64,000 nucleotides of DNA, taken from contig NIVC01001512.1 in the NCBI GenBank assembly GCA_002269645.1, positions 124,001 through 188,000 on the forward strand, given 5' to 3'. Position numbers and translations under genes: made by a program. Positions 10,711 through 22,500 of this stretch are shown in pieces. The number at the start of each line of letters is the position of its first letter. Position 1 is the first letter of the stretch. This DNA comes from Macrostomum lignano (Eukaryota). The notes beneath the pieces are model-generated. The model worked only from the letters and a program-made list of their open reading frames with translations, was not told the DNA's origin and searched no databases.

Positions 10711-12468
10711 AAACTTTACGAGCATATAAACTCCATGAAAAAAGCATTTGATTTGTTTAATCAGGTATTAGTAGTAATAGTAAAGGAATGTTATGTACAT
10801 GCGCTCTCAATTCTCACGCTTCGTGTGAGGATTTGATTTTGTTGTTCTTGGACTGAACCTGGCCGGCTTGCCTCTCAATTTACTACAGCTTTCAATTAAA
10901 CAAATATTATTCATTCAAAGCTTTGATTAAGGTATGTACAATAAGGCCCGAAGCGGAAGCCATATCACCCGAGTGACTATAGCTTTAAGGAACAAAAAGC
11001 TCCTTGATTGAGACATGCTAGATAGTACTTCGTATAGCACACGGTTCCGGCGATACGCTCGCACCAGTACGCTCGTACTCCAGTTTCTATGTGCAAGTTT
11101 AGTGTCAAAAATCATATCACATGATCCTGTCAGATGCCACAGCTTAGAAATTGAAATAATGGGCCCGTATGGGGCAGCGGCAGGGATCATCTATCTAGAT
11201 TTTCCGCTGTGTATAGAGTATGGCACTGCTCGTGTCTTGTCTAGTTCTTGTGGCAGGGGCAGAGAGGCGGCGGGTGCAAAGCGGCATATTTCTCTTCTAA
11301 CTAGACTTAAAGCGACTAAAATTCCCACGGAGTCTCCACCCGCCCTCCCCACCCGTAAAAATCCCCACCCGCCCTCTCTCCTAGTAAGTGTCTGCAATCT
11401 GCATGAAGTGCATGAGCATGCCCGAGAGTCCAAGTGAAAATGAGGCGGGTGGAGCTGGGTCGGTGCATGGCTGGGTCGGAGCATGGCAGTATGAGCGGGG
11501 TAGGAAAAGCGGGGAAATTAAGCATATTGTAGTGATCCGCTATTTAGTGGTAGGCGTCGCACCTTGTCAGCAGTTACCCTTGCCCTCGCCCTCGCCCTGG
11601 GTTGCTGTCTGCCGCTCTGGTCAGCTTCCCGCCTCCCTCCTTGTGGCTGTCTGTTGCTGCTCCCTTCCCTCGTTTTGCCCGTTTTGCCCCTTCGTTTCCC
11701 AGCCCTCAGCTTCTCTGCTGTGGGCTGTCGCTGTTTCGTCAGTGTCGGTTTCCTCTGCCATGTGAGCTAGTCACATGACAGATCTCTCGTTCTTGGAGTC
11801 CTAAAGTGCAGTAAACACGTTTACTGCACTCGCTGATCCTGTTTACTGGGAGAGTCACGTGCCTTCGGTCCCTCCCTTCTCTAATGAGAGAGTGATTCAT
11901 GTTGCTAAATTTAGCAACTGAGTCACAGCCGCGTGTACTCTGCCCGGAGACCCCAAGTGACGTCAGTTCTAAAAATAGAACGAGTCACGAGGTCTTGTGC
12001 AATGGGACAGAGGTGAATCCCGCGCTATAAATAGGACCCCTCTCCCCTTGTTTCCGTCAAGGAGGTTCTGCGATTCTGACTATTTGTCTTCGGAGTCTTC
12101 TTCTTGTCAAGTTTTCCAGACTTCGTTCAGTTGCCCATTAAGCTATCTGTATTTGGCCTGACTAAACTTAGACGTCCAAGCCTAAAGAAGGCTAGCACTG
12201 CCTTCCCAACTACCCCCTGAGCCCGGCGGGATCTGCTGAACAGGACGCCTTGTTCATCAATCTGCAAATCTGCACGCTGTGCTGAGCTCGTTGACTTGTT
12301 TATTTCGTTCCAACGGGAGGCTCACCTCATCGAAGGCAGAGACCTGAAGGAACTGGTGGCAGCACTACCTACGCTACTGAGAGAGTTAAGAAGGCTTCCA
12401 GCAGAAGAGGCCCGAGACTTAGGTAAACTTAAGGGCCTAAACCGGGAAGCGAACAGCAAGTACTTCAC

Positions 12469-12488
12469 TGGTAGCAGCGGTGGGATTC
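12469..12488 (+). other. PBS-like sequence complementary to the tRNA-Leu 3' end, located inside the LTR (copies at 13353-13372 and, degenerate, at 12543-12563)
   Basis: TGGTAGCAGCGGTGGGATTC versus the complement of the eukaryotic tRNA-Leu end GAATCCCACCGCTGCCACCA (1 mismatch). Confidence 0.7.
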
Positions 12489-12555
12489 AAAGACCTACCA
12501 GGCCACGTCGAGACAACCCCGAGAAACAGCGTAATACTTCATTGGTGAAGCAGCG

Positions 12556-13204
12556 GTGAGATCCGACTACGACTACACCCAAGCCAACCGCTCTTTCGAG
12601 AACGACTTCGGCCAGCGACTACGACGAGTTCAACATGTTCAACGAGCGAAACGAGAGCCGGTGCAGCAGCCGGCTGGATCAGCACATCAGCAGTTCGAGG
12701 CCTGCGGCAGCAGATGCCGCCACAGCAGCAGCAGCGATCAACGACTTTGGTCAGCAACCGACGCCGAGGCGAGGTGCCAGAAGCGACGCGTCCGACGACC
12801 CGCCAGACGAGCTTCTGCATGGCCTGGACAACATCGGCCGGAACATCACGCACCAGGACGTGAGGACCATGATGCCAGCTCTGCAGCTCTGCAGCAGATG
12901 GAGCGGCCCGTGAGTAAACAAGTTAAGATCGTTAAATTAACTCCAAGCCAGGACATCAATGTCTGGCTTGCCGCGTTCGAGCAACGTTGCGAGATGGAGC
13001 ACATCGTCGACCCGTTCGAGATGAAGCGACACCTCATCGCGAGTCTTGATTTGGCTACGGCGTATCCTTCCTTGCTTGGTATGAATCTTCCACGTTTCGC
13101 CAGCTTCGAGGAGCTCAAACAACGTCTAATAGAGCGATTTGCCCGTCATGGTGGTGCTGATGAGTATCGAGAACTGTTGCGACGCCTTCAACAAGGCAAG
13201 AAAG
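12556..13204 (+). pseudogene. gag: Truncated retrotransposon gag (capsid) fragment
   Basis: INVWLAAFEQRC...ASFEELKQRLIERF...YRELLRRLQQGK is typical of Ty3/Gypsy Retrotrans_gag; it breaks off into LTR sequence and there is no pol. Confidence 0.7.
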
Positions 13205-14271
13205 ATCACCTCATCGAAGGCAGAGACCTGAAGGAATTGGTGGCAGCACTACCTACGCTACTGAAAGAGTTAAGAAGGCTTCCAGCAGAAGAGGCACGAG
13301 ACTTGGGTAAACTTAAGGGCCTAAGCCGGGAAGCGAACAGCAAGTACTTCACTGGTGGCAGCAGTGGGATTCAAAGACCTACCAGGCCACCTCGAGACAA
13401 CCCCGAAAACAGCGTAATACTTAATTATCGTACAATAACTGTTAGCTACGTTGTCCCCACACACACGACACACTCCTCATCTGCCTGTCTCGCCTTTCGT
13501 CCCTAACCTTTTCAAGATTTCTCTTCGGACAATTAATTAAAAATTAAAAAATACAACATGGTACTAAAATGTTTTTGTAATCGGCAATATTCTGAAGCAG
13601 AGGTCTTTTCAGCGTTTATTATTTGTGGTATTTGAGCACAATGAGGCAATCACTTTTAAGGCAACATCATCAACGTATTACTGTTAATTCAACCCGAACC
13701 GAATTTTTAACTACGAATCAATTTCGAAATAAACAGCGCATAACTTGGCAAGTTGGTATAAGATAGTTCAAGTCTATTGACAGTCAGCGTTGAGGGCTTC
13801 ACCTATATACACATGTAGAGCATATGTATATTTTGAAATGATTGAATATTGTATTACATGTTCATCACAATTCATTTTGTTTTCATTCGCTTTTTGGACA
13901 TGAGGGGTCGGGAACATTTTTTATCTTAAGTCAGTTAGGGCAGCGGTGGATCCAGGGGGAGGGGAGTTGGTGGGGGGGACATGATCTGATTGCCGCAACA
14001 GCAGCTGAGGAGAATGGGGGGACGCTGTTGTGCATTGCGGCTAACAGGTTGGATCCTCGCACTCGCATGCACGTGTACAGTCTGCGTTTATTGGCAGCTC
14101 TTTCAGCTTCCTCTGTTTTCTCTCCCCGCTTGGTCAGCCAAAAGGGAGAAAAGGCCGAGGGATAGAAAATTATTTCTATCTCCGAAGAAGACAGCTGAAA
14201 CTTGCTATTTGAGAATTCGTCTTGAGCTAGCTAGCTAAAATAGAAGCCAATCGGACAGAATAGAAATAAAA

Positions 14272-14559
14272 ATGGCTGATTACTTCGCTGCGGGTCCCAG
14301 CGTCGAAGTCGCGGACCTGAGCGCCACGCTGCCTGCACTGGAGCTGCAGACTGCTCAAGCCCCATCTGCAGATCAGCGTCGGGCGGTGCTGGCTCGAACC
14401 CGATCAAGCAGCGAGGGCGACGTCGAGCTGGCAGGTTCTCCGCGAGAGTTCGTCGGAAGCCACGGCGCAGACTCGAATGGACGAGGAGGAGAAGGCGGCA
14501 GCCATGGCCAGCAGCCTCGGGGAAGCAGGCGGCGTCTGCAGTCGTGGAATGGCGCCTAA
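14272..14559 (+). CDS. Orphan micro-protein B2 (95 aa, MADYFAAGPSVEVADLSATLPALE...)
   Basis: Paralogue of 10516-10710; 23 of the first 24 residues are identical; in-frame insertions. Confidence 0.55.
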   Translation: MADYFAAGPSVEVADLSATLPALELQTAQAPSADQRRAVLARTRSSSEGDVELAGSPREFVGSHGADSNGRGGEGGSHGQQPRGSRRRLQSWNGA

Positions 14560-15049
14560 AATCTTTTGTAAACTCCACGGCTAAGCAATGAAGACGCATT
14601 TGAGAAGTGACTTGTATAGTTCTTCCAACATTATTCATTCCATGCCTTGGTTATATACGAGTATATGCACAAGTAATTGTTTTGCGCCCACGAGGCCGGA
14701 AGCGGATGCCATATATCACCCGAGTGACTGAGAGTACAAGATTTGCTAGCCAAAATAAGCTTTGCTGGAAAATTCAGCAGGAAAGACAACAAAAATGATT
14801 CCTGATGCCATTGTATACAACTAATAGTACCCATAAAACGTTTCGTCTCCTTTATCCCCACTTGGCCCCCATTTGGAGCATGCAGGCTTACGCCTCGGCC
14901 GAGAAACACTACGTTCTCAGTCATTTTGACGGCACAGATAAATGAATAAACAAAAGATATTTATACTTATCAAACTGTTGCTCGCTAAATTTCGTAAGCA
15001 AAATTCTCACTAGCAAATTCCAATTTGGTAAGTTTTATTAAGTGCTAGG

Positions 15050-15374
15050 CAGTGGCGTAGCCAGGGGGGGGGTTGGGCGCGGCGGGTACCAAAAAACACG
15101 AGGCAATTGAGTGCCTGTGGCGCTAAAATGAGTGCCTGCGGAGCTAAAATGAGTGCCTGCGGCGCTAAAATGAGTGCCTGCGGCGCCAAAATGAGTGCCT
15201 GCGGCGCCAAAATGAGTGCCTGCGGCGCCAAAATGAGTGCCTGCGGCGCCAAAATGAGTGCCTGCGGCGCCAAAATGAGTGCCTGCGGCGCCAAAAGTGG
15301 CAATGGCATAAGGCATGGCCAGCCAGGCCAACACGCCCCCCCCCTCCCAATTGAAATTCCTGGCTACGCCACTG
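15050..15374. mobile_element. hAT MITE with an internal 21-bp tandem repeat (AAAATGAGTGCCTGCGGCGCC x ~9)
   Basis: Perfect 16-bp TIR CAGTGGCGTAGCCAGG / CCTGGCTACGCCACTG; 8-bp TSD GTGCTAGG / GTGCTCGG (7/8). Confidence 0.9.
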
Positions 15375-16422
15375 GTGCTCGGCTAGCAGATTACAGCTTG
15401 TAAATTTCTCGCTGGCAAATTCAAGCAATTTCCACTCCGACTATAGAACCGCGGCTCTCCTTTTCTATTTTTATCAACAGACAAAAAACTTCAATTCAAA
15501 GCACAAACAGACTGACCATCATGTTTGGTGCTGGCATGCCCCATGCACGCAGAGAGGAAGAGAGTACATTAATTTATCGATTAGACCCCAGCAACAGCAA
15601 ATGTGGAAAGCTGGGCCGGCAACTCAACCCCTCTGTCTGCAATCTATGCAAGGAGAAGCCAAAGTGAAGTGGAGGCGGGCGGTGACTGAGAGCATGACTG
15701 CACTTGCCAGAAATTAAGCTTATCGTATAACTGTTAGCTACCTTCCCCCCACACAATACGTGCAAACTCTCCATCCCTCTCTCTCTCTCTCTGTCTCGCC
15801 TCCCGCAGCCTTTTCAAGATCTCTCAAGACAATTAAGCAGTGTTAAAAAAACAATATGGCACTAAATTGTTTTTTAATCGATATTCTGAAGCAAGGCTCT
15901 TGTCCGTGCTTATAATTTGTGGTATTTGAGCACAATGAGGCAAATCAACATTGACAAGGACTTAAAGGCGTTATAAATGCAGTACTGTTCGAATTCATTT
16001 CGAACCGATTTTTTAAAACTACGAATCAAATTCAAGACATCTAATAACTTGGTAGTTGGCAGGCATACGATAGGTACGATCTTATTTTCGAGTTTATTGA
16101 CGACAAGTCAGCGTTGAGGGCTTCTTTTCCTATATTTACATGTACAGTAAATATGTATATATGAACATTAGAATTCATTTTGTTTTAATTCTCTTTTTGG
16201 CCAAATATACCACCTGCCACCGACTTAATCGCTGTTTAATTTAATTTGAGCAGGTAGCTGGAAGAATCGACAAGTACATGTAGTTAGTAGAAGTCAAAAT
16301 CAAGGATGCCGAAAGTGTTCATGATACCCAAAAAAAGTATATAAGGATTTTAAATACTCGCAACGCTGAGGTAAGGGCGCATGTCCACTCCATAACACAG
16401 GAGAGATTGGAGCAGGTGTCGG

Positions 16423-18674
16423 TGCTGGACCACCGGCGAGGTCCCCGCCGCATGGCGACGTGCTGAGATCATTGCTATTCTCAAAAAAGAGAAAGATGCG
16501 AGCGCTACCAGCTCCTACAGACCCATCTCTCTGCTCAGCTGCGTAGGAAAACTGATGGAGCGTATAGTCACGAACCGGTTGTATTTCTGGCTTGAGACCC
16601 GCAGCCTGCTAAACCGCAATCAGGCAGGTTTCCGTAAATGACACTCTACCATGGACCAACTGACGCGCATCACCCAAGCGATTTTCGATGCTTTCGAGCA
16701 GAAGAAACCGGAGCGCGCCATCCTTATCCTGCTGGACTTCGCCAAAGCCTACGACCGGGTGTGGCGCCCGGCCTTATACGCGAAAATGGCACGGCTTGGC
16801 GTCCCTAAGCATGTTATTCACTTCATCAAAAACCTCCTCTGCGACCTTCGCGCCCGTGTGCGCTGGGGGGACGCGACCTCCAACTGGAGAGTCTTCTCCA
16901 ACGGTCTGCCTCAGGGGTCGGTCATCGCACCTTTGCTATGGCTTGTTTACGTCCATGAAATGACGACGGCATCGACGGGAGCGTCCACCGTTCACTTTTC
17001 GCCGATGACACGGCACTTCTGGCGACGGGCCGGTCAATGAACGCCTGCGCTGCGAAGATCCAACCCGCGCTGGACCGTGTCGTTACGTGGACTAACAAAT
17101 GGAAGGTGACGCTGAGCCACTCTAAATGCGTCTTCACCACCTTCACGCTGAACCCCAGTGAATGCGGCGGAAAGGTCCTTCCGACACTGCGCATTGAGGG
17201 TCAGGAGCTAACATACGATCCGTCACCTACGTTCCTCGGTCTAAGCCTTGACGATCAATTGACTTTTGCTAACCATGTCGAGGCCGTGCGCCAAAAGATG
17301 GCCAATAGGCGGCGCTGCCTGCAAACTCTCGCTGGCAAGGTCTATGGCGCTCATCGGACCACGCCACAAACAGCTGCTCAGCAACGAATTTATCCGCATC
17401 ATGAGCCTGCCCGACGATGACCCAGCGCGCGAGTTGCTGTCGATCGCGCCACCGCCGCGCCTCCGCAGCAGGGCCCATGAAGCCTGGAAGCGCGACGTCG
17501 GCCCTGACCAACCTGTCGATATTCTGAGATGGGACGAAGACATTACCCTGAGCAACAAACCTTGTTTCCGCCGCGTTGGACAGTGGCTGTGCAAACTCGC
17601 TGGTTTCCACCTGGAGGACCTCATGCGCCCTGTCGAGCCCGCGCTCCCGCCATGGCACTGGCTGGATAAGCAGGTGACCATCGCGGTCGACCTGGTCGCC
17701 GCCACGCGCTGGAGTGACCCTCCCGACTTCCGCCGGGAGATTGCTGAGAGGACGCTGGACCTCCTTCATCCGGCGGACGTGCTTATCTGGACCGATGGAT
17801 CCAACCGGCCGGATGGCACCGCGTCTTGAGGAGGAGCTGTTATCACCTCGGACCCTCTGGGTATCCGGAAAGATGTCTGTGTGCCGGCCGGCCGCTGGAA
17901 CAGTAGCACCAGTGCGGAACTCGTTGCGATCGAAGCGGCCCTTGCCCGCCTGGCTGAGCTCCTCCGTAGTGGCGGCAGCCCGGCCATTACTGCCAGGCTG
18001 TGCACGGATTCCCGTGCCGGCCTCCAAACGATTCTGCGCGGCCTGACCGTCGCGGCGGACGATGTCACCCGACGCGTCTGGGCTAATATCGCTGCCCTGC
18101 CGAGTGGCTGCAAAATTCACCTGCAATGGGTGCCGGGTCACACTAACCTCCCTGGGAACGAAGCGGCTGATGAGATGGCCGGGAGAGCTACCGAGGCTCA
18201 GCAACAGCCGAATTCCGTCACCCCTATCGCCGCTAGGACTGCCATCAATCATGTTCTCCGAGTTTGGCGAAAAACGCGAGACCACATGCACCCGTATCCG
18301 AGCCCGACGCTTGGCCACGACGATCTCCCGAGATGGGGCCAGGTCACCCTTTGCCAGCTGAGAACGCGCAAATCCCCGCTCACGCGCGACACACTCCACC
18401 GATTCGGCCTCACCACTGACGACCGATGCATTACCTGTGGAGAGTCGGACTCGGTCGAGCATCTGCTCCTAACCTGCCCAGGCTACCACCAGGCTCGCAT
18501 CCGCACCTGGGGTGGCATCAGCGTTGATTGGAATACCGTGCTGGGGGGCGAGGGCAGCCTCCTCTGTGATTACCTGCGCAGGGTGGGCCGCCAAGAACCG
18601 CCTATCGACGATCCAGGTGGCAGAGCGGCCCCGACCCGGCCTCCCGCGGGCGGCCGCAGGTCGGAGGGAAGAGA
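16423..18674 (+). mobile_element. 5'-truncated non-LTR retrotransposon (I-superfamily-like: RT + RNase H + CCHC), with frameshifts and a stop
   Basis: YRPISLLS, LDFAKAYDRV, GLPQGSVIAP, LFADDT (shifted frame), RNase H IWTDGS / AELVAI / TDS / WVPGH..GNEAAD, C-terminal CITC...EHLLLTC; 13-bp TSD GAGCAGGTGTCGG at 16410-16422 and 18675-18687. Confidence 0.95.
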
Positions 18675-18677
18675 GAG

Positions 18678-18977
18678 CAGGTGTCGGGAATATTTTCTAC
18701 CTTGAAAAGCCAGTTAGGGACTCTATCAGATAGCTGTGTGTCTGATAGAAGAGTATGAGTAAAAGAGAGAAGCGAAGAACGGCAGGAGAGGATAGGAAAG
18801 GAAAGGAAAGGAGAGGGGAGGAGAGGAGTGGAAAAGAGAGGAGAGGAGATCCGCTGAGAAGAGACACAAACCCTGAGCGGCCCGGATTGCCATTTCGAAG
18901 TGTCAAAGGACCTGAGGGCCGGATAGAGAGGCTTCGAGGACCGCATCTGACCCGCGAAGCGGAGTTTGACGACCCTG
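18678..18977 (+). mobile_element. hAT (Charlie-like) MITE whose left end is the LINE target site
   Basis: CAGGTGTCGGGAA left end, GA-rich interior, AGACACAAACCCTGAGCGG..GGCCGGATAGAGAGGCTT family core, right end GTTTGACGACCCTG. Confidence 0.7.
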
Positions 18978-19598
18978 GAAAAATGCAAGCAGTCAAAAAC
19001 CTTCACTGGATCTTATAACAAAAATAAAAAAATAAATGGCCAGCATCAGCAAACTATTTTTAGGGCACATATTTTTACGTTCTGTTTAGCTTATTGTTTA
19101 CTAGACAAGTAGACACTTTCCAGTATATCCTCCCTATGGATATGGAACTAGAATCTTACGCCGCTATTGCTTGTTCGCTTCGAAAGAATAAGCTAATCGA
19201 GCGGGCATTTGAAGAGACGCTTAATCAATATTAGTTATAGTATCTAGATCCTGATGGATCGTCATTTTTGTAATAGAAAAAAACAATTTAGCCTTTAATT
19301 GTACTTTTTAGTACTAGGTAACAATATTTATAGTGCACTACCTTCAATGTACAATGCGATTTATTTTTAGCAACACGCTTAGACTTTACTACGAGCCGTA
19401 TTCTGAACTAAAACTAGTGGTTGTGGTCGCCTTCTATCTCTTATCCAATAACAAGCTTATTCAACTTTTATTGGATAGTGTTCTCATTCTCACTCTAAAC
19501 AGTATATAAAGCCATACCTAAATATCGTACACTTGGCATAGAACGCTAAACGTTTTACAAAGAAAGAAGATTTACAATTGAGTAAGATTAAACTTAAA

Positions 19599-22500
19599 AT
19601 GGCCGAGGGCGGTGGAGAAGAGGATTATTTCCCTGGAAGAGTTAGCACCTCACAGCAGGCCTCGCCGGCACAGTCCATAACCTCTCTGTCCCGTTCAGTG
19701 CAAGATATTGTTACCTACAGCCTCGAGACGGGCGAATCCGCAATACCAGAGCCCATTGCTCAAAGCTCTGCACCGGGCATCGAGCACCAGATGGAGGAGA
19801 CTGACCATTCGTTAGCTCGGAGCTCTGCACCGGGCATCGAGCACCAAATGGAGGAGACTGACCATTCGTTAGCTCGGAGCTCTGCACCGGGCATCGAGCA
19901 CCAAATGGAGGAGACTGACCATTCGTTAGCTCGGAGCTCTGCACCGGGCATCGAGCACCAAATGGAGGAGACTGACCATTCGTTAGCTCGGAGCTCTGCA
20001 CCGGGCATCGAGCACCAAATGGAGGAGACTGACCATTCGTTAGCTCGGAGCTCTGCACCGAGCATCGAGCACCAAATGGAGGAGACTGACCATTCGTTAG
20101 CTCGGAGCTCTGCACCGAGCATTGAGCACCAAATGGAGGAGACTGACCATTCGTTAGCTCGGAGCTCTGCACCGAGCATCGAGCACCAAATGGAGGAGAC
20201 TGACCATTCTTTAGCTCGGAGCTCTGCACCGGGCATCGAGCACCAAATGGAGGAGACTGACCATTCGTTAGCTCGGAGCTCTGCACCGGGCATCGAGCAC
20301 CAAATGGAGGAGACTGACCATTCGTTAGCTCGGAGTTCTGCACCGGGCATCGAGCACCAAATGGAGGAGACTGACCATTCGTTAGCTCGGAGCTCTGCAC
20401 CGGGCATCGAGCACCAAATGGAGGAGACTGACCATTCGTTAGCTCGGAGCTCTGCACCGAGCATCGAGCACCAAATGGAGGAGACTGACCATTCGTTAGC
20501 TCGGAGCTCTGCACCGGGCATCGAGCACCAAATGGAGGAGACTGACCATTCGTTAGCTCGGAGCTCTGCACCGAGCATCGAGCACCAAATGGAGGAGACT
20601 GACCATTCTTTAGCTCGGAGCTCTGCACCGGGCATCGAGCACCAAATGGAGGAGACTGACCATTCGTTAGCTCGGAGCTCTGCACCGGGCATCGAGCACC
20701 AAATGGAGGAGACTGACCATTCGTTAGCTCGGAGTTCTGCACCGGGCATCGAGCACCAAATGGAGGAGACTGACCATTCGTTAGCTCGGAGCTCTGCACC
20801 GGGCATCGAGCACCAAATGGAGGAGACTGACCATTCGTTAGCTCGGAGCTCTGCACCGAGCATCGAGCACCAAATGGAGGAGACTGACCATTCGTTAGCT
20901 CGGAGCTCTGCACCGGGCATCGAGCACCAAATGGAGGAGACTGACCATTCGTTAGCTCGGAGCTCTGCACCGGGCATCGAGCACCAAATGGAGGAGACTG
21001 ACCATTCGTTAGCTCGGAGCTCTGCACCGGGCATCGAGCACCAGATGGAGGAGACTGACCATTCGTTAGCTCGGAGCTCTGCACCGGGCATCGAGCACCA
21101 AATGGAGGAGACTGACCATTCGTTAGCTCGGAGTTCTGCACCGGGCATCGAGCACCAAATGGAGGAGACTGACCATTCGTTAGCTCGGAGCTCTGCACCG
21201 GGCATCGAGCACCAAATGGAGGAGACTGACCATTCTTTAGCTCGGAGCTCTGCACCGGGCATCGAGCACCAAATGAAGGAGACTGACCATTCGTTAGCTC
21301 GGAGCTCTGCACCGGGCATCGAGCACCAAATGGAGGAGACTGACCATTCTTTAGCTCGGAGCTCTGCACCGGGCATCGAGCACCAAATGGAGGAGACTGA
21401 CCATTCGTTAGCTCGGAGTTCTGCACCGGGCATCGAGCACCAAATGGAGGAGACTGACCATTCGTTAGCTCGGAGCTCTGCACCGGGCATCGAGCACCAA
21501 ATGGAGGAGACTGACCATTCTTTAGCTCGGAGCTCTGCACCGGGCATCGAGCACCAAATGGAGGAGACTGACCATTCGTTAGCTCGGAGTTCTGCACCTG
21601 GCATCGAGCACCAAATGGAGGAGACTGACCATTCGTTAGCTCGGAGCTCTGCACCGGGCATCGAGCACCAAATGGAGGAGACTGACCATTCGTTAGCTCG
21701 GAGCTCTGCACCGGGCATCGAGCACCAAATGGAGGAGACTGACCATTCGTTAGCTCGGAGCTCTGCACCGGGCATCGAGCACCAAATGGAGGAGACTGAC
21801 CATTCGTTAGCTCGGAGCTCTGCACCGGGCATCGAGCACCAAATGGAGGAGACTGACCATTCGTTAGCTCGGAGTTCTGCACCGGGCATCGAGCACCAAA
21901 TGGAGGAGACTGACCATTCGTTAGCTCGGAGCTCTGCACCGGGCATCGAGCACCAAATGGAGGAGACTGACCATTCTTTAGCTCGGAGCTCTGCACCGGG
22001 CATCGAGCACCAAATGGAGGAGACTGACCATTCTTTAGCTCGGAGTTCTGCACCGGGCATCGAGCACCAAATGGAGGAGACTGACCATTCTTTAGCTCGG
22101 AGCTCTGCACCGGGCATCGAGCACCAAATGGAGGAGACTGACCATTCGTTAGCTCGGAGTTCTGCACCGGGCATCGAGCACCAGATGGAGGAGGCTGACC
22201 ATTTGTCAGCTCGGAGTTCTGCACCGAGCATCGAACTTGAGGTGGAAGAGCAGCCAGAACATTTGGCAACTCAGAGTTCTGAAGCCAGCATGGAACTTAA
22301 TCAAGAAGCGGCTTCAGTTTCGCAAGATCCGACCACTACAGTTTCAAGAACGGAGTGCCAGGCAGAGGAGGCTGCGCCTGAGTTGGTCGATGTACCAAAC
22401 CAGAGTGGAGATGTTTCAGCAATCGAAGACGATTGCTCGCGCCCAGAGATCAGTTGCATCATACTTACGAACGAAATGCCAAGCAGCTCATTAACGTCTG

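Larger units (their letters stand above)
11528..13423 (+). mobile_element. Internally deleted Ty3/Gypsy-like LTR retrotransposon: 5' LTR 11528-12541, PBS, gag fragment, 3' LTR remnant 13205-13423
   Basis: TGTAGT...TACTTCA LTR ends; TATAAATA at 12026; tRNA-Leu-type PBS; 12322-12541 repeated at 13205-13423; the empty site is preserved in duplication copy 2 (~15714-15730). Confidence 0.75.
10245..16200 (+). repeat. Diverged tandem segmental duplication (~2.2-kb unit): copy 1 = ~10245-11527 + 13424-13900 (split by the LTR element), copy 2 = ~13990-16200
   Basis: Collinear homology, e.g. AAATAGAAGCCAATCGGACAGAATA at ~10482 and ~14238; ATATCACCCGAGTGACT at ~10963 and ~14713; TTTGTGGTATTTGAGCACAATGAGGCAA at ~13622 and ~15917. 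Confidence 0.85.

Noticed and set aside
13206-13506. C-terminal extension of gag (HLIEGRDLKELVAA...) as a novel domain
   Set aside because: It is read-through into duplicated LTR sequence after the deletion breakpoint.
19711-22269. 852-aa and 823-aa minus-strand ORFs
   Set aside because: Antisense shadows of the stop-free 57-bp repeat; they have no unique coding flanks or splice support, unlike the plus frame.
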